DNA of 64,000 nucleotides from Thermoplasmata archaeon. Its GTDB lineage: Archaea; Thermoplasmatota; E2; DHVEG-1. How positions within the stretch are numbered: the stretch's first letter is position 1; each line of letters begins with the position of its first letter. Below the pieces are notes generated by a model, which was not told the origin of the DNA, did not search any database, and saw nothing but the letters and a program-made list of their open reading frames with translations. The stretch lies in NCBI GenBank assembly GCA_014894395.1, contig JADBLO010000094.1:346-64345 (forward strand). Reading direction: 5' to 3'. Made by a program: the position numbers and the translations under genes. Shown here in pieces: positions 19,715 through 29,763 of the stretch.

Positions 19715-20274
19715 TCTATTTCCAAACCCCTAAATTTTTCGACAAACTCTTTGAAGCTTTGCGCTTTCGAATCCTTCTCCGATAAGAGGGGATTAGACAC
19801 CGGCCATTTTATTCCAAGATCAGAGTCATTCCATTTAATAGTACCCTGACTTGTAGGATTATAGTAATTACTCATTTTGTACAGTAACGTGCAATCATTG
19901 GTTAAGGTGCACATGCCAAGTGCAAGACCTTTTGGAACGTACAGCATGTTTTTATTCTGTTCAGAGAGAATCGCGCTATCCCAGCAACCAAACATTGAGG
20001 AGTTTTTCCGTATATCAACAAACACCATAAAAATCTCCCCATGGACTGCTCTCACGAGTTTTGTTTCCGTGTTCGGTGGAAATTGAAAATGAAGCCCTCG
20101 TATCGTCCCTTTTTGCTTTGAATAGGAATGATTCTCTTGAACCCACCGCTGTTCTAAACCATGGTCTTGAAATAACGTATCATCATAGGTTCTCATAAAA
20201 AATCCCCTATGATCTTCGTGAACCTCTAATTCGATTTCAAAGACTCCCTTCATTTTTCTTTCTTTTATCTGCAT
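19711..20274 (-). CDS. rmlC: NDP-4-keto-sugar 3,5-epimerase (RmlC family)
   Basis: DHRGFF, QENHSYS, GTIRGLHFQ, KLVR..GEI..V.VDIR, YVPKG.A.G, LSEKD. Actual substrate uncertain. Confidence 0.85.
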   Translation of the reverse strand: MQIKERKMKGVFEIELEVHEDHRGFFMRTYDDTLFQDHGLEQRWVQENHSYSKQKGTIRGLHFQFPPNTETKLVRAVHGEIFMVFVDIRKNSSMFGCWDSAILSEQNKNMLYVPKGLALGMCTLTNDCTLLYKMSNYYNPTSQGTIKWNDSDLGIKWPVSNPLLSEKDSKAQSFKEFVEKFRGLEIE

Positions 20275-21511
20275 TGTAGTCACAAACACTCATCATTGCT
20301 GGGGTATTCGGTAATGGGATGATACAGGTACCCGTATAATTAAACCTCTTTTTTAAAATCGTGATGATTTCGTCTGTGAAATTCCACGCTAAAATAAATA
20401 CACACTTCGGGTTTTTACTCATGACCTGTTCTGGGCTGTCAATAGGGATATGGGTTCCTGCGGTGTACCGTTTATGTTTCAAGGGATTCTGATCAGCGAT
20501 GAGAGAAATATATTGCGTGTCAATCCCACAATAATTCAGTAAGGTGGAACTTCGTGCTGATGCGCCATACCCAACAAGGGGTCCACTTGCATCAGTTACT
20601 TCTTTCATCATCTTTAATAATTGTTCACGATGAACATGAACTCGCCGTGAAAAATCTTGCCAGCTACTCAAATCATTAAGTTTCTTTTTCTGTTCGGTAT
20701 CTCGATATGATTGAACGGTGTGCGCCTCTGCTTCCTTGTTTTTTTTCACATATAAAATCAATGATCCACCACTAATCGGACTCTCATTGATATCAACCAC
20801 AAATAGTCCGAATCGATGCAACAACGCTTCAACACTTTTCAAGGTAAAATAACATAAATGCTCATGATAGATCGAATCATAATGCAACTCATCATAGATT
20901 CTTCCTGCATAGTGGACCTCCAACGCAAGTAAACCATCTGTTTCTAAAACTCGGGAAAGCCCGTCTACAAAATCATGAAGATGCGCCACGTGCGGAAGAA
21001 CATTCCGTGCGATCACCACTTTCGCCGGACCATGCTGCTTCAGTATTTCCTCTGCGACTTGAACTCCAAAAAAGCTGCATTTCGTTGGAATACCCTGTGC
21101 AATAGCTATCTTGACAATGTTCTCTGCAGGATCAACTCCAAGAACCAGATACTTGTTTTTCACAAAGGGCTGTAGAAATGTCCCGTCGTTACTCGCAACT
21201 TCGAGGACATATCCTTTATTCAAATCGTGAACGCGAGTGACAATTTCTCGATAAAACATCTGTGCATGGTCTTGAGCTGTATGAGACGTACCGGTAACCC
21301 AAACGTAATTTGAAAATAACTTCTTTGGATCGACCGTGTAATTTAACTGAACCAGATTACATTCTGGACACCAACTTAATGAAAGAGGATACAACGGCTC
21401 TTTTTCGGTTGCAGTTTTCAGTAGAGAATTGGCTGGGGGTTGGTTCCCAAGGTCGAGAAATTCGACGATATGTTTGTTTTCACAGACTCGGCAACATTTG
21501 ATGTGTGTCAT
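20237..21511 (-). CDS. NDP-sugar C-methyltransferase (Zn-binding, class I SAM)
   Basis: CRVC..LDLG.QP.AN, CPECNLVQL, EVASNDGTFL, YDSIYHEHLCYF, GYGASAR, LAWNF..EI. Confidence 0.9.
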   Translation of the reverse strand: MTHIKCCRVCENKHIVEFLDLGNQPPANSLLKTATEKEPLYPLSLSWCPECNLVQLNYTVDPKKLFSNYVWVTGTSHTAQDHAQMFYREIVTRVHDLNKGYVLEVASNDGTFLQPFVKNKYLVLGVDPAENIVKIAIAQGIPTKCSFFGVQVAEEILKQHGPAKVVIARNVLPHVAHLHDFVDGLSRVLETDGLLALEVHYAGRIYDELHYDSIYHEHLCYFTLKSVEALLHRFGLFVVDINESPISGGSLILYVKKNKEAEAHTVQSYRDTEQKKKLNDLSSWQDFSRRVHVHREQLLKMMKEVTDASGPLVGYGASARSSTLLNYCGIDTQYISLIADQNPLKHKRYTAGTHIPIDSPEQVMSKNPKCVFILAWNFTDEIITILKKRFNYTGTCIIPLPNTPAMMSVCDYNADKRKKNEGSL

Positions 21512-21540
21512 GCGTATGTCCTCAAGGTATTGTTTTATCT

Positions 21541-23367
21541 TTAAGTGAAATCGGATTCGTTCATCGTATAAATTGCATCAGCATAATCTTTTGTTTTTTT
21601 AATGATAGGTACTTCGTCTATTTCTCGAGACTTAATGATTTTTTCGGTCTGTTTTGTAGAGCATTTCTTGTAGTCAATATAAAACTCTTTGAGTCGCTGA
21701 ATTCGCACCGTGTCGTTGATATCGACGTAAATATGGTAATCAGAGAGGTTTCGGACGTCTTCGATATCTAATGAGACAATTCCATCGATGATACCGATGC
21801 CATGCTCTTCGATATATAATGGGGTAGAATTTTTCTTTTGGGTGACCTGTCGTGTTTGTGAGTCATACACCGGAGGGTAGATTTTCTCCCCGTGTTTAAG
21901 GCGGGTGATTGTCTCCGATATTTTTGTATATTGATACCGCTCACGCACTGTTTCATTTCCTTTTCGTTCGTTGAGTCCAAGCAGCCAATTATCAAGAGGA
22001 ATAATAGTACTTGGGATTTTTTTCCCTTTGAGATCTTCTTGTATTTTTTTTGCAAGGATTGTTTTCCCGGACCTGCTGCACCCTGCGATTGAGACGATAA
22101 ATCTTGTTTTGTCTGACTTCATATAGGTTTCAAGTAAGGATTCAAATAAAGTATAATACGTATCAATTCGTTTGTTGGCTGTTGATCCAAGGAGTGAATG
22201 AACCACCTGTAGCAGATTTTTCTCTGGTGTCACTAGTATGGTCTTGACACCAGCAGCATTCCCTGCTTGCAGATCACGTTCATCATCACCGATAAAAACT
22301 GTTTTTGAAAGATCTAATTGATGATCCCGGGCAGCTTGGAAGAACATTCCGGGTTTTGGTTTCCTACATTCACAGTTTTCATCCCACCCATGAGGACAAT
22401 AGTAGATGCCATCGATCTTCGCCTTATTGTTGTGTAATTCTCTCTGAAGATGTTCATGGATACTGCGGAGATCCGACTCAGTCATTACACCCCGAGCAAT
22501 CCCTGCTTGGTTCGTGATAAGATAGACGTGATATCCATTTTTTGTGAGAAGTTCCAATGCTTCTATGGCCCCTGGTAGGAATTCGAATTCATTCCACTTC
22601 TTCACATACTCTGCTTTAGGTGGTTTTTTATTAATGACGCCATCCCTATCCAAGAAAATCACTTTCTTTGGCTGGAGGAATCTTTCTGTCAGTGGCAAAC
22701 GCTCTAATGACCCAATGCTATAATATCTATAATCCACCAAATATCCGGATAACTGATGATTTTCGATGAGTTTTGGAATGATGACATTCTGAAAAGAAAA
22801 ATTCTCACCAGGCATCCATTCTGTTATCTTCTTACTGAGAATGAAAAAACCGACATCTACCCCGTTGAGATCTTTCGCTTGCCTTGTTCGATCGTAGGTT
22901 ATGACATATCCTTTCTCATCCACAAACACATTATTTTTCGTTATTTTGTCTTTGTTCGTATATATCGTAACGCTTGCCATAGTCTTTTGTTTTTCATGGA
23001 ATTCCACAAGTTTCTTTAGATCCAACGGGAGATAATTATCGCAATACGTCAAGAGGAAAAACTCCTGGAGGAGCTCCTCTGCTTTTTTTATTCGTGTTCC
23101 GGTCTCATCTGAAAGATCACTTATCGAATATTTTATTTTCACTCCGAATCTTGAACCATCTCCGAAATACTCCGTGATTTTTTCAGGAAGATACCCGAGC
23201 AAGAGCACGATTTCACAGATTCCGTTTTCTTTCAACAGGCCTATGAGATATTCGAGAAATGGTTTCCCATTCATTAAAATCATTGGCTTTGGTACTGTAT
23301 CGGTCAGCGGTTGTAGTCTTGTTCCTCGTCCTCCAGCAAGGATTACAGCTTGTTTAACTGAAAGCAT
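21541..23367 (-). CDS. Three-domain fusion: HddC-like nucleotidyltransferase + GmhB-like HAD-IIIA phosphatase + uridine kinase/PRK-like P-loop domain
   Basis: AVILAGGRGTRL.PLT..PKPM; FLDRDGVIN, TNQAG, CPH..CECRKPKPGM, IGDDERD; then IAGCSRSGKT, PLDNW, PVYD, IDGI. Confidence 0.88.
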   Translation of the reverse strand: MLSVKQAVILAGGRGTRLQPLTDTVPKPMILMNGKPFLEYLIGLLKENGICEIVLLLGYLPEKITEYFGDGSRFGVKIKYSISDLSDETGTRIKKAEELLQEFFLLTYCDNYLPLDLKKLVEFHEKQKTMASVTIYTNKDKITKNNVFVDEKGYVITYDRTRQAKDLNGVDVGFFILSKKITEWMPGENFSFQNVIIPKLIENHQLSGYLVDYRYYSIGSLERLPLTERFLQPKKVIFLDRDGVINKKPPKAEYVKKWNEFEFLPGAIEALELLTKNGYHVYLITNQAGIARGVMTESDLRSIHEHLQRELHNNKAKIDGIYYCPHGWDENCECRKPKPGMFFQAARDHQLDLSKTVFIGDDERDLQAGNAAGVKTILVTPEKNLLQVVHSLLGSTANKRIDTYYTLFESLLETYMKSDKTRFIVSIAGCSRSGKTILAKKIQEDLKGKKIPSTIIPLDNWLLGLNERKGNETVRERYQYTKISETITRLKHGEKIYPPVYDSQTRQVTQKKNSTPLYIEEHGIGIIDGIVSLDIEDVRNLSDYHIYVDINDTVRIQRLKEFYIDYKKCSTKQTEKIIKSREIDEVPIIKKTKDYADAIYTMNESDFT

Positions 23368-23373
23368 GTGTTC

Positions 23374-24408
23374 TCACGTCATCCAGTACATCTTCTTGTT
23401 TACCTTTTTTTCATTCATCAGGTATTTCAATTGCAATGTGCGATTGCATTGTCTTCCCCGAAACATAGCTTCCGTGAAATGTATTTCATCAAAAAAAGAA
23501 ACAATCTCATTTCCGCCCCGAAAGAGATCCCACTCTGGTTTGTAATACTCTTTTAATACGGAAAGTATCTTTACAAACGAAACTCGGTATGTTCTGGCAT
23601 CTGATCCATGTTCGCCCGTATAAATTATAGTTGATCCCTTCACAACATTTTGTGCAGCTTCTGCGAGTTGTTTTACTGTAAAATTACCATCATTAATACC
23701 AACATTAAATGATTCATTTGAGATTAGTTTTTCTGGTGCTTCAATACCTGCAATAAATGCATTTGATACATCCCTGATATGGACGACGGGTCGCCATGGT
23801 GACCCATCGCTTTTTACTTCTATTTTCCCTGTTGTATAAGCACTAGCGATAAAGTTATTGTAAACGATGTCACATCGCAACCTTGGGCTTACCCCGAAAA
23901 CGGTCGATGGGCGAAAACATACAACGGTAAAATCATCATCCCCTAGCTTCTTCAATTCACATTCCGCATCCCATTTCGTTTTTGCGTACATCGTAATAGG
24001 ATTCTTTTCACTTGTATCCTCATCTAGTTCTTCATCTGTCTTTGCCACCCCGTACATACTTTGAGATGAAGAATATACAAAACGCTTAATTCCAATTTCT
24101 TTTGCCAATGTAGCCAATCTGATCGTTGCAACATAATTGATATCATATGTTAATTTTTGATTGAGTTCGCCCAATGGATCATTAGACAGAGCTGCAAGAT
24201 GAATGATGGCATCAATACCCTTCAGATCTGCTTTTGAGACCTTTCGGATATCTTTGTTAATTTGCTGTATATTAGTATCTAACTTCTTCAATTCGCAACC
24301 TTTGTAATAATCCGTGTCAAAACCTTTTACGGTATAGCCTCGATCTAAAAGGAGTTTTGTCAATATGCATCCGATATATCCTCTGTTCCCAGTTACAAGA
24401 ATATTCAC
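23374..24408 (-). CDS. NAD-dependent SDR, NDP-sugar C4-oxidoreductase/epimerase
   Basis: ILVTGNRGYIG, HLAALSNDP, YAKTK, TVFGVSPRLRCD; GTG 24408 follows GGAGG. Confidence 0.85.
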   Translation of the reverse strand: MNILVTGNRGYIGCILTKLLLDRGYTVKGFDTDYYKGCELKKLDTNIQQINKDIRKVSKADLKGIDAIIHLAALSNDPLGELNQKLTYDINYVATIRLATLAKEIGIKRFVYSSSQSMYGVAKTDEELDEDTSEKNPITMYAKTKWDAECELKKLGDDDFTVVCFRPSTVFGVSPRLRCDIVYNNFIASAYTTGKIEVKSDGSPWRPVVHIRDVSNAFIAGIEAPEKLISNESFNVGINDGNFTVKQLAEAAQNVVKGSTIIYTGEHGSDARTYRVSFVKILSVLKEYYKPEWDLFRGGNEIVSFFDEIHFTEAMFRGRQCNRTLQLKYLMNEKKVNKKMYWMT

Positions 24409-24428
24409 AATATCCCTCCACATACATT

Positions 24429-25022
24429 TTATTTCTTTTGTCTTTGTTGCTCTTCTCTGATTAATGATGTTAAAAGATGCTCAAGAAGCAGGTGAATGTC
24501 CTCTACGCGCTGCATATAATTACTCGGTGCATGGATGTTCTCTTGGGCGCATCTGAGTAATGCGCCTCCATCATATCCAGAAATACCTATAGTTATCCCT
24601 CTGTTTTCGTTTGCATATTTTATGGCTTTAACCACATTCGCCGAATTCCCACTGCCACTAATACCGATTATGACATCGCCAGGTTCCATTAAATTCTTCA
24701 ATTGTTCGACAAAAATATCATCATAGCTTGCATCATTTGCCCATGCCAGCATGGTTGGAATATTATCAGTGAGTGCAATCGCTTTAAACCTGGGAAATCC
24801 ATCGACAATGGTTCCTTTTGAAAGATCACTTACAAAATGAGATGCTGTTGAGGCACTACCCCCATTTCCCATTATAAAAATCGTTTTTCGTTCAGTTCGT
24901 GCTTTCAACAAAATAGTCGCAATAGTGTCCATTTTTTTTACAAGATCTCGCTCCATTACATTTAATATTGTGTGTATTTCCTTTAAATAATCCTTCGTAA
25001 ATTTTTCCCTGAAGTTATCCAT
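24429..25022 (-). CDS. gmhA: Phosphoheptose isomerase (SIS domain)
   Basis: GNGGSASTASH, ANDASYDDIF..Q, GISGSGNSANV, VEDIHL. Confidence 0.85.
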   Translation of the reverse strand: MDNFREKFTKDYLKEIHTILNVMERDLVKKMDTIATILLKARTERKTIFIMGNGGSASTASHFVSDLSKGTIVDGFPRFKAIALTDNIPTMLAWANDASYDDIFVEQLKNLMEPGDVIIGISGSGNSANVVKAIKYANENRGITIGISGYDGGALLRCAQENIHAPSNYMQRVEDIHLLLEHLLTSLIREEQQRQKK

Positions 25023-25024
25023 AC

Positions 25025-26005
25025 TTAATCACTCACGTAGATAATTCTGCTTCCAGATGCCTCGAATGCAAATGTTACATCTTTCAAATCATGAAGTGCT
25101 TTTCTTACAAAATCTTGCTTTTCTTTTTCACAGTAGAACAACAAAAAACCGCCTCCTCCAGAACCCAAAATTTTCCCCCCGATTGCTCCAGCTTTTCGGG
25201 CTTTTTCATAATATGAATTGATAATAGGATTTGAGATTTTACTTGCGAGTTGTTGTTTGTACATCCATCCTTGATGAAGTATTTCTCCGAATCTCGTGAG
25301 ATCGTTGTTTCTTAATGCCTCTTGAAGTTCGCGAACCTGCTCAACCATTTTATCATAAATATGGAGTTTGTCTTCTGTTTTTTTAATTTGTTCCGTTAAA
25401 ATATCTCCTGATGTGATCTGTTTTCCCATATAAAACATAAGTAAATTTTCTTTTAATTTTTCTTTAATTTCTTTCTTGAAAATAATCGGATTCACTATGA
25501 CACTTTCATCTGCATTAAATTGTATATAGTTAAATCCCCCATATGCTGCTGCATATTGATCCTGTTTTCCGATTGGGTGTCCTAGTATGTCGATTTCAAT
25601 TCTACATGATTCCTGAGCCAATGTTTCAGCTGAGACATGTTCCCCTTTAAATGCATGAAGTGCGTGTAACGTTCCTACAACAATACTACTCGAAGCACCT
25701 AATCCGGATCCCTCCTGCGCTGGTAGAAGATCTGACATGTAAACGATTTCCAGTCCCTTCGTAATACCAGTCATTTTTAATGCATCCCGAACAAGATTAT
25801 GCTCGATCTCATCGACAGTTTTAACATATTCTATTTTTGAGTAGGCTACACGAATATTATCTGTGAATCTTTTATTCACGGTGATATATACATATTTGTT
25901 AATTGCAGTACTGATCACCGCACCGTGTCCATGTTGATAATATGCACGAATATCTGATCCACCGCCTACAAAACTCATTCGTAATGGTGTTCTTGAGATA
26001 ATCAT
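25025..26005 (-). CDS. hddA: D-glycero-D-manno-heptose-7-phosphate kinase (GHMP family)
   Basis: SRTPLRMSFVGGGSD, GSGLGASSS, GKQDQYAAAYGG, GGKILGSGGGGF. Confidence 0.88.
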   Translation of the reverse strand: MIISRTPLRMSFVGGGSDIRAYYQHGHGAVISTAINKYVYITVNKRFTDNIRVAYSKIEYVKTVDEIEHNLVRDALKMTGITKGLEIVYMSDLLPAQEGSGLGASSSIVVGTLHALHAFKGEHVSAETLAQESCRIEIDILGHPIGKQDQYAAAYGGFNYIQFNADESVIVNPIIFKKEIKEKLKENLLMFYMGKQITSGDILTEQIKKTEDKLHIYDKMVEQVRELQEALRNNDLTRFGEILHQGWMYKQQLASKISNPIINSYYEKARKAGAIGGKILGSGGGGFLLFYCEKEKQDFVRKALHDLKDVTFAFEASGSRIIYVSD

Positions 26006-26294
26006 GCTTTTTCCATCCTTTTTTCTTCATTTCTCAATATGTCTCAAATTGTAGACGCTTACTCCTTTATTCATACGGATGAGACTACTAGTGATAAGCG
26101 CCCTTGTATTTAACTTTTTTATAGGAGACCAAAGCAAAGATTTGAGACCGGCACAGAGTATTGATAATCCCATAAGTAACCAGACTACACTGTTCAGACC
26201 ATATTTGTAAGAGAGACAATAATTCATGAAATATTTAAATCATATACATATTTTTCCTTTAACCGTGAACATTAAATCTTTAAAAGTCTCCATT

Positions 26295-27350
26295 TTATGA
26301 AAATAATAATCGTTTTATTTCTTCTTTTGAAATCGGTTTGACATCTCTTGACGAGTATCGACCTAAGCTACAATGCCGTGCATTGGGATAATCTGAGATT
26401 CCAAAACTAAGACTAGGCATCTCAAGCTGCGGAGGAATTATCAACATATCATCAGTCTCAAATCCTACTGCTGCTTCCGATTCGGTCATTAACTCTTCAA
26501 ACATTTTCTCGCCAGGCCGTAGTCCGATGATTCTTTTTTCAATGGTTTCTTTTTTATGATGATATTTTTCCGCGTATGCTTCAATGATAACGTCAACAAG
26601 ATCTCCTAGTCTGACGACCGGCATTTTCAGGATGAAGACTTCTCCTCCTTTTGCCAAGACTGTTGCTTTGAATACCAACTCAATAGTATCAGAGACCAAC
26701 ATCATGAATCGTGTCATTTCCGGGTTTGTAATCGTGATTGGTTTTTTTTGTCGAATCTGTTCTTCGAAAAGGGGGATAACTGATCCTCGTGAGAATGAGA
26801 CATTCCCGAAACGTACTGAAGAAAAAATCGTTGGTTTGACTCCTTTTCCCTCATTAGCATCGATAATAAGTTTCTCAGCAAGGAGTTTTGTTGCACCCAT
26901 AGTATTTACTGGGTTTACTGCTTTATCAGTGCTAATGTTAATGACTCGATTTACACCCGATGCAAGAGCTGCTTCAATAACATTTTTTGTCCCGAGAACA
27001 TTAGTTTTAATTGCTTCGAATGGATTGTATTCACAGAGTGGAACATGTTTGAGCGCAGCTGCATGGTAGACAATATCGATATCCTCCATGGCAAGTAAAA
27101 CTCGTTCTTTATCACGGATGTCCCCTATTAAGAATCTTCTGTCAGAGATTTCATGCATCATCTTAGGTCCGCTATTGTCTATCTCATGCATCATTCGAAA
27201 CGTATTATCTTCGTCATTACTGAAGATTCGTACGACCTCTGGTTTGTATTTTAATACGCTTCGTACGATTTCACTTCCGATGCAACCAGTTCCACCAGTG
27301 ACTAAGATTTTTTTTCCTCGAAAGATGTTTTCTAATTGTTTTTGCATCAT
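26295..27350 (-). CDS. NDP-N-acetylhexosamine 4,6-dehydratase (PseB/CapD-like)
   Basis: VTGGTGCIG, HAAALKHVP.CEYNP.EA, ISTDKAV.P...MGATK, VRFGNV, GLRPGEK..EEL. Confidence 0.9.
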   Translation of the reverse strand: MMQKQLENIFRGKKILVTGGTGCIGSEIVRSVLKYKPEVVRIFSNDEDNTFRMMHEIDNSGPKMMHEISDRRFLIGDIRDKERVLLAMEDIDIVYHAAALKHVPLCEYNPFEAIKTNVLGTKNVIEAALASGVNRVINISTDKAVNPVNTMGATKLLAEKLIIDANEGKGVKPTIFSSVRFGNVSFSRGSVIPLFEEQIRQKKPITITNPEMTRFMMLVSDTIELVFKATVLAKGGEVFILKMPVVRLGDLVDVIIEAYAEKYHHKKETIEKRIIGLRPGEKMFEELMTESEAAVGFETDDMLIIPPQLEMPSLSFGISDYPNARHCSLGRYSSRDVKPISKEEIKRLLFS

Positions 27351-28498
27351 GTTCCTCTACATCCTTTTTCAATCACAGAAATAATGTAATCCATTTCCTT
27401 TTTTGTTAAGGATGGATAGAGTGGGAGTGTAAGTACTTTTTCTGCTATTTCTTCAGTGACTGGCAAATCACTTTTTTTGTAGTTAAATTCTTTTATGTAG
27501 AATGTTTTCAGGTGAATCGGCTCGAAGTAGACTTTCGTCATGATCCCTGCCTTGGTGAGGTGTTGCTGCAAATGGTCCCTGGTTTTTTTATCAGGTAGTT
27601 CGATGGTGTAGAGCTGGTAGACATGATACTCACCTTTGGATTCAGCCGGTGTTCGTATATCCTTTATCTTTGAGAGTTTTTTTGTATAATACGCTGCTTT
27701 TTCTCTGCGCATTTGTATGATTCTGTTAAATTTCTTGAATTGTGAAAGCACGAGTGCTGCATTGATACTTGGCAGTCGGTAATTATAGCCTGCTTGGATG
27801 TAATCTAACTCTCGGGTGGTCGCGAAATATCCCTCTTTACTTTCGACACGACCATGAGAGCGAATCAGCTGGAGTTTTTCAGTAATAGCTTTTGAATCGG
27901 TGACAACGATGCCGCCTTCCCCTGCGGTAATGACCTTGTTTTGGCAGAAGCTGAACATCGCAGCATCACTGAAAGTTCCTACACGTCTGTTATGTATTTT
28001 TGCTCCCAGTGATTCTGCAGCATCCTCGATAAGTACGAGGTGATGATCTTTTGCGATTTCTTGTAACGCTTTGATATTTTTACAAGGTCCTCCGCCATAA
28101 TGAATAGGGATGATCGCTTTGGTTTTACTGGTTATTTTTTCTTTAACATCTTCAGGGTCAAGAGCATAGGATTGCTTCTCGATGTCAGCAAACACAGGCG
28201 TCGCACCTGTAAGGACGACGACGTTTGCGGTGGCGATAAAGGTAAATGACGGGACAATAACTTCATTTCCGTGTTTGATATCATAGGCCAGAAGTGTTGC
28301 ATGAAGCGCTGATGTCCCTGAGTTAAACGAAACTCCGAATTTTTTCCCAATAAAACCAGCGATGTTGTCTTCCAATGTCTGTATTTCGGGACCCATGGTC
28401 CAGTAACTTCCCCGTTTGATGACCTTGGTGACTGCGACGACATCTTGTGTATCCCAGTACATCTTGAAGAGAGGAATTTTCCAATTCATTTTTTTCAT
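27347..28498 (-). CDS. DegT/DnrJ family PLP sugar aminotransferase (LegC/PseC-like position)
   Basis: NSGTSALH, EDAAESLGA, FSFCQNKVITAGEGG, GYNYR. Confidence 0.92.
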   Translation of the reverse strand: MKKMNWKIPLFKMYWDTQDVVAVTKVIKRGSYWTMGPEIQTLEDNIAGFIGKKFGVSFNSGTSALHATLLAYDIKHGNEVIVPSFTFIATANVVVLTGATPVFADIEKQSYALDPEDVKEKITSKTKAIIPIHYGGGPCKNIKALQEIAKDHHLVLIEDAAESLGAKIHNRRVGTFSDAAMFSFCQNKVITAGEGGIVVTDSKAITEKLQLIRSHGRVESKEGYFATTRELDYIQAGYNYRLPSINAALVLSQFKKFNRIIQMRREKAAYYTKKLSKIKDIRTPAESKGEYHVYQLYTIELPDKKTRDHLQQHLTKAGIMTKVYFEPIHLKTFYIKEFNYKKSDLPVTEEIAEKVLTLPLYPSLTKKEMDYIISVIEKGCRGT

Positions 28499-28617
28499 CC
28501 TTTTTCTGTTTGTTTTCTCGAGAGGGGATACCTTCAGCCTATGATCAGATGGTGCCTGTGTCGGTTTTGTTGTAAGGACATATCTTATATGTCTTCAGCT
28601 AGGGAGACCACAGGACA

Positions 28618-29763
28618 TTATATTTTGACTTCGTCGCCGTTTCGTAACGCCTGTTCTACGTTCTTTCTCAGTCGCCATATCCCATCTCGCTTCTCAACAA
28701 TATCTCTATTAGCAAATCTATCAACGACTTTCCAGAAATCCTCCTCTTTATAATTGATATAATTAAGGAAATCTTTTAACATTTTCTTATCTAACTTCCA
28801 ATCTTCTTCGAGTACTTTTTCTACGACTTTTTCACGAGAGATTCTACCTTCTCTAATCCAAAGACTTCCGACCTCGGTCACTCGCTGATGCCCAAACTTC
28901 GGGAACTTAAACCAGGTATGAGTAAGATACCCGACAGAGTCAATCTGATCATATTGCTCTAAATACCCATCCCTTTTCCATTCCCCTGTGTCATCCAATG
29001 TCTTAAATCCTCTCGTCCGAGCGAATTCCATGTTTTTATAGCCACTCCAAGGCATATAATAACTAAGAAACCTTGGGTCTAGTTTTACTTTATTTATCTG
29101 TTCAAGAGTTGGAAATATCGCAGGATTAACATCTTTCATCGTAATTTTATCATCTAACCAAACCTCCCAGGGTACGGGCTTTGCAACATCATTTGTTATT
29201 TGCTTAATCGCACTTGGAGTCTCTTCTGTATGAGGTCCACCGTATAAATAATTCGTATCTTCTCCATAGATGACTAAGGGAATATTCAATTTTACTGCTG
29301 TTGAATAGGGATAAGCATAAATCGCTCTATCAAAATACCATGTAGGAGAACCAAGTTTCTCAAGAGCCTTACGAAACAAGGTCTTACATACCTGTGGGTT
29401 CAAAGACATAATATGCGCATCTACTCCGAATTCTTTGAGGAGATTATTCCAGTTATGCTCACCTGTTTTTGTCCAGGTAAAATTATTTACACTTACAATA
29501 AGAGGGTTCATATGTAATTTTTCTTTAAAGACATGTACCTGGAAATAACTATCTTTTCCTGAACTCGCTGCAATTATACAATCGTAATAATCTCCGTTTA
29601 TTCCTCTGTATTGATCAGCGAGCATCTCAAGTTCTTTCCATCTTTTTTTCCAATCAATTTTTTTTAATTGTTCTGCGACTCTACAGGGATAACATATTCC
29701 TTCCTTGTCAAATTTCATATATGGCCGTGAGTCCGGCATGACACATTTCTTACAATATCTCAT
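28618..29763 (-). CDS. N-acetyl sugar amidotransferase (PseA/WbuX-like)
   Basis: YCKKCVMPDSRP...C.PC, YDCIIAASSGKDS PP-loop, KFGHQR, IREGRISRE. Confidence 0.88.
   Translation of the reverse strand: MRYCKKCVMPDSRPYMKFDKEGICYPCRVAEQLKKIDWKKRWKELEMLADQYRGINGDYYDCIIAASSGKDSYFQVHVFKEKLHMNPLIVSVNNFTWTKTGEHNWNNLLKEFGVDAHIMSLNPQVCKTLFRKALEKLGSPTWYFDRAIYAYPYSTAVKLNIPLVIYGEDTNYLYGGPHTEETPSAIKQITNDVAKPVPWEVWLDDKITMKDVNPAIFPTLEQINKVKLDPRFLSYYMPWSGYKNMEFARTRGFKTLDDTGEWKRDGYLEQYDQIDSVGYLTHTWFKFPKFGHQRVTEVGSLWIREGRISREKVVEKVLEEDWKLDKKMLKDFLNYINYKEEDFWKVVDRFANRDIVEKRDGIWRLRKNVEQALRNGDEVKI

Noticed and set aside
26027-26227. 66-aa ORF between hddA and the dehydratase
   Set aside because: No motif or clear SD; more likely promoter/leader sequence.
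28499-28617. SECIS-like element or ncRNA (hairpin GACATAT-CTT-ATATGTC at 28577-28593)
   Set aside because: Only a short AT-rich stem, no match to the archaeal SECIS pattern, and no in-frame TGA gene nearby.
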